A DNA stretch of 64,000 nt. It comes from Minisyncoccota bacterium (GTDB taxonomy: Bacteria; Patescibacteriota; Minisyncoccia; Phycocordibacterales; UBA9973). Made by a program: the position numbers and the translations under genes. The DNA is taken from positions 15,601 through 79,600 of the forward strand of contig DASYKZ010000007.1 of NCBI GenBank assembly GCA_035994985.1. Reading direction: 5' to 3'. Position 1 is the stretch's first letter. Each line of letters starts with the position of its first letter. Positions 57,150 to 64,000 of this stretch are shown here, piece by piece. The notes under the pieces were generated by a model. That model searched no databases and had not been told where the DNA came from. It saw only the letters and a list, made by a program, of their open reading frames with translations.

Positions 57150-57383
57150 TTAGTTATTTGCTGCTGTTGCAGTCTTCGCTTTAGCTTTCTTTTGCTTCTT
57201 TTCAAGCTTGGCTACCACATCCAAAACTTTCTTTCCCCGGTAAAAACCGCATACCGAACACACCGTGTGCCGCCTCTTTAAAGCCTGGCAGTTTGTACAC
57301 TTGGTAAAACTTGTGCTCGCAAGCGCGTGGTGAGAGCGGCGATTTTTCGTATGCGATTTTGTATGCCTCATTCGTACTACCAT
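57150..57383 (-). CDS. rpmF: 50S ribosomal protein L32 with C-terminal Lys/Ala-rich tail
   Basis: 'HTKNRRSHHALA…CTNC…CSVCGFYRGKKV'. Confidence 0.8.
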   Translation of the reverse strand: MVVRMRHTKSHTKNRRSHHALASTSFTKCTNCQALKRRHTVCSVCGFYRGKKVLDVVAKLEKKQKKAKAKTATAANN

Positions 57384-57466
57384 AATGTGCTTATACTAGC
57401 ATATTAAGGCTGAATTGCAAACATGCGTACTGGCTAAGAGGTAAAAAAATTGATAGTATAAACCTT

Positions 57467-59221
57467 ATGGATAAAGCTGAAAAACTGAACAATATGAGGC
57501 ACACGTTCGCACATCTGCTCGCCGCTGCAGTCGGAGAAATATACAAATTTGATAAGGTAAAATTGACCTTGGGGCCGGCTATAGAAAACGGTTTCTATTA
57601 TGATATTGATTTCGGAGATGAAAAAATATCGAATACTGACCTAAAAAAAATTGAAGAAAAGATGCGCAAGATTTTGCCCAAATGGAAAGAATTTACGCAT
57701 AAAGAGATGAACAAAGAAGAAGCCTTGGATTTTTTCAAGAACGAATACAAAGCAGAGCTGATAAATGAAATAGCCGAACGCGGCGAAAAAATAACTACAT
57801 ATACCTGTGGAGGGTTTACAGATTTGTGCCGTGGCGGACACTTAGAACACCCTGCTGAAGAGATAAGTCCGGAAGCATTCAAGCTCGACCGTGTGGCCGG
57901 AGCATATTGGCGCGGGGATGAAAAAAATAAAATGCTTACACGCATATATGGACTTGCGTTTGAAACCAAAGAAGAACTGGACGCGTATATAACAGAGCGC
58001 ATTGAAGCGGAAAAAAGAGACCATCGTGAACTCGGTAAAAAATTAGAGCTTTTTACTTTTGATGAAGAAATTGGAAAAGGACTGCCTATCTGGCTGCCGA
58101 AAGGAAATATAATCAAAGAAGAATTGGAAAATTGGGCAAAAGAAACTGAAAGAAAGTGGGATTACCAAAGAGTGACCACTCCAATAATTACCAAAGAGAA
58201 CTTGTTTTATACTTCCGGACACCTGCCTCTCTATAAAGACAGCATGTACGCCCCGATTTCCATTGAAGATGAAAACTATTATATAAAGCCCATGAATTGT
58301 CCTTTTCATCATAAAGTTTTTTCGGCGCTGCCTAGGACTTACAAAGAACTCCCTTTGCGTTTAGCTGAGTATGGGTGGTGCCATAGATATGAGGATTCTG
58401 GCAGTTTATTTGGACTCATGAGGGTGCGAGGGATGCAGATGAACGATGCGCATATATATGTAACTCCTGAACAAGCAATAAAAGAGTTTGTAGATGTTAT
58501 AAAACTTCACGAATATTACTATAAAATTTTAGGCATTGAAAAGTATGAAATGGAGCTATCGTTAAGAGACCCAAAAAATCTAGACAAATACCATGGAGAA
58601 GAATCAGATTGGAAACTAGCCGAAGAAATGACAATAAAAGCCATGGAGCTTTCTGGCGTGCCATTTAAAATCGTCCATGAAGGCGCGGCCTTTTATGGGC
58701 CAAAAATGGACTTTCAAATATACTCCTCTATTGGACGCTCGTTTACAGCCTCTACCAACCAGCTTGATTTATACATGGGAAAAAGATTTAAGCTTGAATA
58801 TACAGACAAGGATGGGACAAAAAAAATACCGTATGTCATTCATAGGGCCCCACTTGGAACTCATGAAAGATTTATTGGATTTTTGATAGAACATTTTGCA
58901 GGCGCCTTCCCTCTCTGGCTTTCTTCTGTGCAGGTAAAAATAATCCCTGTGCGTACAGGCCACAACGAATACGCAAAAGAAGTTTTTGAAATGCTGAAAG
59001 AACATAATATCCGGGCGGAGCTGGACGATGCCGATGAAAACCTCGGCACAAAAGTCCGGGACGCTAAAAATAATAAGCTCCCCTATTGGGTAGTCATCGG
59101 CGACAAAGAGATAGAAGCTGATAAAATCACGCTTGAGTCTCGGGACTCCGGCAATCTTGGACAGATGCCGAAAGAAGAACTCCTTAAAAAATTATTAGAG
59201 GAAATTAAAGATAAGAAATAA
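57467..59221 (+). CDS. thrS: threonyl-tRNA synthetase lacking the N-terminal TGS (N1) domain
   Basis: Begins at the editing/SAD region 'RHTFAHLLAAAV' (HxxxH). Class II motifs 'YHRYEDSGSLFGLMRVRGMQMNDAHIY' and a C-terminal anticodon-binding domain. Confidence 0.9.
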   Translation: MDKAEKLNNMRHTFAHLLAAAVGEIYKFDKVKLTLGPAIENGFYYDIDFGDEKISNTDLKKIEEKMRKILPKWKEFTHKEMNKEEALDFFKNEYKAELINEIAERGEKITTYTCGGFTDLCRGGHLEHPAEEISPEAFKLDRVAGAYWRGDEKNKMLTRIYGLAFETKEELDAYITERIEAEKRDHRELGKKLELFTFDEEIGKGLPIWLPKGNIIKEELENWAKETERKWDYQRVTTPIITKENLFYTSGHLPLYKDSMYAPISIEDENYYIKPMNCPFHHKVFSALPRTYKELPLRLAEYGWCHRYEDSGSLFGLMRVRGMQMNDAHIYVTPEQAIKEFVDVIKLHEYYYKILGIEKYEMELSLRDPKNLDKYHGEESDWKLAEEMTIKAMELSGVPFKIVHEGAAFYGPKMDFQIYSSIGRSFTASTNQLDLYMGKRFKLEYTDKDGTKKIPYVIHRAPLGTHERFIGFLIEHFAGAFPLWLSSVQVKIIPVRTGHNEYAKEVFEMLKEHNIRAELDDADENLGTKVRDAKNNKLPYWVVIGDKEIEADKITLESRDSGNLGQMPKEELLKKLLEEIKDKK

Positions 59222-59223
59222 TA

Positions 59224-59541
59224 ATGATTAAATATAAATTTAAAGTTATTATTCTCCTTTTATTGATAATTGTTTTTTTACCAAGTATTTCAAGTGCCTT
59301 TGTAGTTCAATCAGATTATTCATCATATGAACCAGCGGGATTAGTTTTGGGAGTTTGGCATGGCTTGCTAGTTCCATGGTCTCTAATAGCAAGATGGTTT
59401 ATAAGCGATATTGGAATGTATGCAATAGACAACACCGGTTGGTTTTATGATGCAGGTTTTCTTATAGGAGCCAGTGGTTCAATTCCTTTTGGCTGGCTGG
59501 CTGCAATTATTTCTGCAATTAGTCATATATTCTTCTATTAG
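59224..59541 (+). CDS. hypothetical membrane protein
   Basis: 105 aa, 3 TM helices. Confidence 0.45.
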   Translation: MIKYKFKVIILLLLIIVFLPSISSAFVVQSDYSSYEPAGLVLGVWHGLLVPWSLIARWFISDIGMYAIDNTGWFYDAGFLIGASGSIPFGWLAAIISAISHIFFY

Positions 59542-59569
59542 AGAATATGCTTAATTTTTAGCAAAGTTC

Positions 59570-59608
59570 CTTTTTCTTAACCTATCATATATGATAGGTT
59601 AAGAAAAC
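59570..59608. terminator. 13-bp perfect hairpin (cttaacctatcat-at-atgataggttaag) between convergent genes; probable bidirectional terminator
   Basis: Inverted repeat at 59576-59603 with weak flanking T/A runs. Confidence 0.4.
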
Positions 59609-59611
59609 TAA

Positions 59612-60166
59612 TTATTTATTTTCCTTTTCAAGTATCATAAGTAAGTTTTTCATCGCAAGGCCGCGGTGGGAAATTTTATTTTTCTCTTCAGGCGAAAATT
59701 CTATCATCGGCTTGTCTGTGCCGTCGAGCTGGACAAAAATATCAAAATTAAAAGGCTTATCTTTTATTTCTTTGGGTTTTACCACCACGCCTGTTACCAG
59801 CCCTTTGGCGATTATCGGCTCTTTAATGCCGTCATATAAGCCGAGAAAGCAAGCCAGCTTGACCCGGCTGCCCACCAGTTTATTCCCCATTTCATATGAA
59901 GGGAGAATGGTTAAAAAATCTTTTATATACGGACCGGGCAAATCATGGAGTTTTTCAAAGTGAAGTGAAACATCATCCACCAAAACCGGGTTTTTGAATT
60001 TTTCAAAAGCTTTCTTGAGCTTGTATACCAGTATTTCTTCGGCACTGCCCTGAATCTCCGGCTCGTCGAAAACTTTTTGTTCACAATCAAAAAAGTCTTT
60101 TAGCCCCAGAGCCAATTGTTCAAACTTCATTGCATTGCCGGTAACGATAAAAAGCTTCGGTTTCAT
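59612..60166 (-). CDS. non-canonical purine NTP pyrophosphatase (Ham1/RdgB, ITPase family)
   Basis: 'LFIVTGNAMKFEQ', 'FDIFVQLDG', 'SHRGLAMKNL'. Confidence 0.75.
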   Translation of the reverse strand: MKPKLFIVTGNAMKFEQLALGLKDFFDCEQKVFDEPEIQGSAEEILVYKLKKAFEKFKNPVLVDDVSLHFEKLHDLPGPYIKDFLTILPSYEMGNKLVGSRVKLACFLGLYDGIKEPIIAKGLVTGVVVKPKEIKDKPFNFDIFVQLDGTDKPMIEFSPEEKNKISHRGLAMKNLLMILEKENK

Positions 60167-62236
60167 TTATATATCAATCTCCGCGAGCTTGGCGTTTGAT
60201 TGGATGAAAGATTTGCGGGGCGGAACTTCGGAGCCCATAAGAATGTCGAATATTTTATTCGCTTCTTCCGCGTCGTCAATGTTGACCCTCTTTAGTACGC
60301 GGTTTGCCGGGTCCATCGTCGTCTCCCAGAGCTCTTCCGGGTTCATTTCTCCGAGACCTTTAAAGCGCTGGATGTGAATTTTTGTAGATTTAGCTTTTGT
60401 TTCCTCTTCTCCCTCGCTTTGCTCGGGACCTTCGGCTTCTGCCTCTTCTATTTCTACCACTTCGGCATTTTTACCGACTATTTTTAATTTCTCGTCGTCA
60501 GTGTACGCATAAGAAATTTTCTTGCCCTGCTTTATTTTATATAAAGGCGGCTGGGCTATATAAATATATCCGGCATCGATGACTTGCCTGAAATATCTGT
60601 AGAAAAGAGTGAGGAGAAGTGTGCGGATGTGAGAACCGTCCACATCGGCATCTGTCGCGATGATTATTTTATGATAGCGCATTTTAGACAAGTCAAACGT
60701 ATCGCCGATAGAAGTACCCATGGCGATGATGAGAGACTTCACTTCTTTGGAAGCCAGCATTTTGTCTATGCGGGCGCGTTCCACATTTAAAATTTTACCG
60801 CGGAGCGGCAATATAGCCTGTGTGCGGCGGTCGCGCCCCTGTTTGGCGCTGCCCCCCGCAGAGTCTCCCTCTACTATGAATATTTCCGAATCTTCGGCGT
60901 TCTTGCTCTGGCAATCTGCTAATTTCCCCGGCAAGGTCATGCCTTCCAGCGCCCCTTTTCGAAGCACAGAGTCTTTTGCTGCCTTGGCTGCTTTGCGGGC
61001 TTTCAGGGCCAAAATTGACTTGTTTATCATGACTTTAGCATCATCCGGATTCTCTTCGAGATACGCTGCAAAAGCCTCGCCAAAGACTGTCGCTGTCGCT
61101 CCCTGGGCTTCCATACTGCCGAGCTTGCCTTTGGTTTGTCCTTCAAATTGAATCTCTTGGAGCTTTACAGAAATAACGGCCGTCAAACCCTCGAGCACGT
61201 CGTCTCCGGTAAATCCGCCTTCGGACTCTTTCATCATTTCATTTTTCTTGCAGTATGTATTTAAAGTCCTCGTGAGCGCAGTCTTAAAACCTGTGACGTG
61301 CGTGCCTCCCTCCCGCGTGTAAATATTGTTCGCGAAAGGAATGATGCGGTCTACGATATCGTCCACATATTGAAGGGCAATTTCTACGCCGACGCCATCC
61401 AGTTCTTTTTCAACATAAAAAATATTCTTGTGTATGGGCTTCTGCAGCTTGTTGTAATATTTTACGAGAGACACGAGCCCGCCTTCAAAATAAAAAGATG
61501 TGGACGGAATCTCGAGCCCAAGCTCCCTAAAATAAAAAATGTTTGAGTCGTCTATTTTGCCTGTCTGCTCTCTTGCATCTAAAATTGAAATTCTTAATTT
61601 CTTTACCAAATACGCCTGCTGGCGGATATGGCTGACGACTGTATGTAAGTCAAATAAAATCGGGCCAAAAATTTCTTGGTCCGGCTCGAAAGTAATGATG
61701 GTGCCGTGCATTTTTGAAGCGCCCACTTTTTTGACGGCGGATTTTTTCTTGCCTTGGGAGTATTCCTGGATATATTTATTTCCATCTTTATGCACTTCGG
61801 CTTTGCAATATATGGAAAGGGCATTTACCACAGATGCGCCCACTCCGTGCAAGCCTCCGGAAACTTTATACCCTTCCCCGCCAAATTTCCCTCCGGCGTG
61901 CAAGGTCGTCATCACTGTCTCCAAGGCTGAAACTTTTGTTTTCTTGTGCATGTCTACCGGAATACCCCGGCCATTGTCGGCTACCCGAATGCGGTTGTTT
62001 GGCAAAAGGACTATCTCAATATCATCGCAAAAGCCGCCCATGGCTTCGTCCCTCGAGTTGTCGAAAATCTCCCAGACCAAGTGGTGAAGCCCTTCTGGGC
62101 CAGTGGTGCCGATATACATGCCAGGACGGCGGCGTACGGGCTCTAGACCCTCTAAAACGGATATATCCGAGGCATCATAATGATGCGCACCGGCAAGTTT
62201 TTTAGTGTCATTTTTCGCTGCTTTTTCTTTGGACAT
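60167..62236 (-). CDS. gyrB: type IIA topoisomerase subunit B (GyrB/ParE), short form without the large C-terminal insert
   Basis: GHKL ATPase 'GLHHLVWEIFDNSRDEAMGG', transducer region, TOPRIM 'EGDSAGGSAKQGRDRRTQAILPLRGKILNVE' and 'PLYKIKQGKK'. Confidence 0.9.
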   Translation of the reverse strand: MSKEKAAKNDTKKLAGAHHYDASDISVLEGLEPVRRRPGMYIGTTGPEGLHHLVWEIFDNSRDEAMGGFCDDIEIVLLPNNRIRVADNGRGIPVDMHKKTKVSALETVMTTLHAGGKFGGEGYKVSGGLHGVGASVVNALSIYCKAEVHKDGNKYIQEYSQGKKKSAVKKVGASKMHGTIITFEPDQEIFGPILFDLHTVVSHIRQQAYLVKKLRISILDAREQTGKIDDSNIFYFRELGLEIPSTSFYFEGGLVSLVKYYNKLQKPIHKNIFYVEKELDGVGVEIALQYVDDIVDRIIPFANNIYTREGGTHVTGFKTALTRTLNTYCKKNEMMKESEGGFTGDDVLEGLTAVISVKLQEIQFEGQTKGKLGSMEAQGATATVFGEAFAAYLEENPDDAKVMINKSILALKARKAAKAAKDSVLRKGALEGMTLPGKLADCQSKNAEDSEIFIVEGDSAGGSAKQGRDRRTQAILPLRGKILNVERARIDKMLASKEVKSLIIAMGTSIGDTFDLSKMRYHKIIIATDADVDGSHIRTLLLTLFYRYFRQVIDAGYIYIAQPPLYKIKQGKKISYAYTDDEKLKIVGKNAEVVEIEEAEAEGPEQSEGEEETKAKSTKIHIQRFKGLGEMNPEELWETTMDPANRVLKRVNIDDAEEANKIFDILMGSEVPPRKSFIQSNAKLAEIDI

Positions 62237-62508
62237 TAAGGGTATTTTAGCATAAATTTATAGTATTTGCCACTCAAAATTGAGCTTATTTTATATGACT
62301 TTAAGTAGAAAAAGGCCGTCGCAGTATGTCGCGAACAGCCCTTTATTTATTTTTGCCACGTTAGTGGCTTGATGTTTACGGAGGAGGTTTGGATAGTTTT
62401 GAGAGTCTAGTTGATGAGATGGTTCTATTTCTATCTCTTGAACGTTGCCGGCGCGCATTACGTTCTTTTGAAGATTCATATGTTGTAGACCGCCGACGCG
62501 GTCCAGAT

Positions 62509-62545
62509 GGTTCGCTTTCGCCGAACATATTTTTATTCATTTTTC
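62509..62545 (+). terminator. weak intrinsic-terminator-like hairpin + T-run on + strand, preceded by GC hairpin gaccgc-cgac-gcggtc (62488-62503)
   Basis: ggttcg-ctttcgc-cgaac followed by atatttttattcattttt. Confidence 0.3.
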
Positions 62546-62721
62546 GCTTCTTTCTTCTTATTCCTATATTCGAATATAGGGGTAAAACTTAGTATTGGAT
62601 ACCAAGTATGCCGAGAACAAAGAGTTTTTACAAAGAAAAACTCAGGAAATAACTAACTATATATTTTTATAGCATATATTTAATAAATTTGAAAGCAAGT
62701 TGGGGGAAATTGCAATTTTGT

Positions 62722-64000
62722 CTACCTTACCTGCCAGTCGCTATTCTCTTTTATTTTATCTGTGATTTTATTCATCATTTCATTTATTTCCGCATCTGTG
62801 AGAGTCCTGTCGTAAGACTGAAAAACCAGCTTAAAAGCGTACGATGTTTTATCTTCCTTTGTAAACGAGTCAAACAAATCCGGCCCTTTTACTGCCAAAT
62901 CTCCCATGTTTTCTTTTATGATTTTTGCGATTTCATCGCTTTCAGTCCCTTTCGACACCCAGACAGCAATATCGCGCGCGATAAATGGGAACAGGGACCA
63001 CATTTGAAAAGCCGAGCCTGCATGCTTTTCCGAAGGAGTGGTTGAGCGAAGCTCATGTCCGAGCGACTGAGTAAAAGTATCAGGCTCGGCTGATTTACAA
63101 AATTCATCCAGCGTCATTTCTTTTACTTCCTTTTTATCTGCATATGCGACGTGCATTTCTTCCTGCGGACACCAGACCGTTCCTATTTCAAAAATTTTAA
63201 CTTCATCAATTCCAAGAATGGGAGAATTAATCTTGTTTAATTTAAAACTTTCCTTCAGTCCATCGCTTAGGTTTGTCCGTAAAAACTTTTTATCCGAAGC
63301 GCTTTGCATCACTTCCAGCTCGCCCTTGTTGCAAAAGGTGTAAGTCATCACTTCGCTGTACTCACTTGCCAGCAATTTATTCCGAGCAAAGGTTATTTTT
63401 TGATATGTTTCATTTACTTTTGGCTTGAAATTAATTTTGGGGATTACCCCTTTTACTCTGTCATAGCCGAGAATTCTGCCTATTTCTTCCGCCATGTCTT
63501 CCTCTATTTCCAGGTCAAGACGCATTGACGGCACGATGATTTCAAATATATCTCCATCGTTCTTGTACTCGATATTATATCTCTCCAGAATATTTCCTAC
63601 TTCAACCACAGAAATATCAAGCCCTAAAATTTTAGAAATTTTTTCAGCTGAAAAAGAAAGCTTCCTTTCCACTTGTTTTTGCGGATAGATATCCACGATC
63701 TCTTCAAAGGTCGCCTCTGGACACATTTCCGCAATGAGAGCTGAGAGCTCGAGCATGGCATACGGGGCGAGCTCGGGAGATAAATTATTTTCAAAGCGCT
63801 TTCGGGCATCGGTAAAAATATTAAGCGCCTGCCCGGTTTTTCTCGCAAATACAGGCTCGAAATTATCGGCCTCTAATATAAGGTCAGTGGTAGTGCTTGT
63901 GATTTCGGCGTGTTTGCCGCCCTTGATGCCTGTATCAAGTATATTCCCTGCTCCGTCGCAAATCGCCAGCATGCCGTCTTTTAACTCTTTTTCTTCTCCC
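62722..64000 (-). CDS. pheT: phenylalanyl-tRNA synthetase beta subunit, C-terminal part (gene continues past window end)
   Basis: B3/B4, B5 and C-terminal ferredoxin-fold anticodon-binding domain '…AFKLVFQSYDRTLTDAEIN…'. The reading frame stays open upstream of the annotated Met at 63972. Confidence 0.85.
   Translation of the reverse strand, partial: GEEKELKDGMLAICDGAGNILDTGIKGGKHAEITSTTTDLILEADNFEPVFARKTGQALNIFTDARKRFENNLSPELAPYAMLELSALIAEMCPEATFEEIVDIYPQKQVERKLSFSAEKISKILGLDISVVEVGNILERYNIEYKNDGDIFEIIVPSMRLDLEIEEDMAEEIGRILGYDRVKGVIPKINFKPKVNETYQKITFARNKLLASEYSEVMTYTFCNKGELEVMQSASDKKFLRTNLSDGLKESFKLNKINSPILGIDEVKIFEIGTVWCPQEEMHVAYADKKEVKEMTLDEFCKSAEPDTFTQSLGHELRSTTPSEKHAGSAFQMWSLFPFIARDIAVWVSKGTESDEIAKIIKENMGDLAVKGPDLFDSFTKEDKTSYAFKLVFQSYDRTLTDAEINEMMNKITDKIKENSDWQVR

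Noticed and set aside
62291-62592. ORFs 62291-62479 (-) and 62389-62592 (+) in the pheT–gyrB spacer
   Set aside because: Both read through stable hairpins/terminator-like structures. Start codon context is poor (TTG 1-4 nt after the SD). Treated as non-coding.
1-64000. CRISPR arrays / obvious transposase or integrase genes
   Set aside because: No short regularly spaced direct repeats and no ORF with integrase/transposase motifs (DDE, R-H-R-Y) was seen.

Overview
This 64-kb window is a low-GC, compact genomic segment that looks like a CPR/Parcubacteria-type bacterial chromosome. The lineage call rests on a Lys-rich sigma-70 N-terminal tail, minimal aminoacyl-tRNA synthetases, a short SMC and many small membrane proteins. 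The core is a conserved informational-gene backbone: rpoB-rpoC-dnaG-rpoD, rpsB-tsf, rpsP-KH-trmD, rnc-smc, rpmF, thrS, gyrB, pheT, proS, mreB-mreC, tgt, rnr, three tRNAs and an RNase P RNA. The first ~16.6 kb is accessory-like and AT-rich. It holds a marR–HlyD-adaptor pair and a divergently transcribed MFS transporter. It also holds a three-gene cluster of large secreted proteins (a transglutaminase-like protein with an apparent Cys→Asp nucleophile substitution, and a terpene-cyclase-like/CARDB/Fn3 surface protein). A tRNA-proximal islet follows, with a PIN-like protein, a HEPN-like (RNxxxH) protein plus a partner with a predicted TM segment, and a ~700-bp highly structured non-coding stretch. 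Other notable items: a NYN-nuclease gene pair in AT-rich DNA between mreC and a split (frameshifted) tgt; an unusual Cys-rich 561-aa repeat protein between rnc and a short SMC whose hinge appears replaced by a CxxC zinc-hook-like motif; DacA–CapA and NusB–NUDIX gene fusions; and candidate sRNAs with intrinsic terminators (rpoB/pit spacer, gyrB/pheT spacer). All calls are from motif-level reading of the six-frame translations and the sequence; no database searches were possible.
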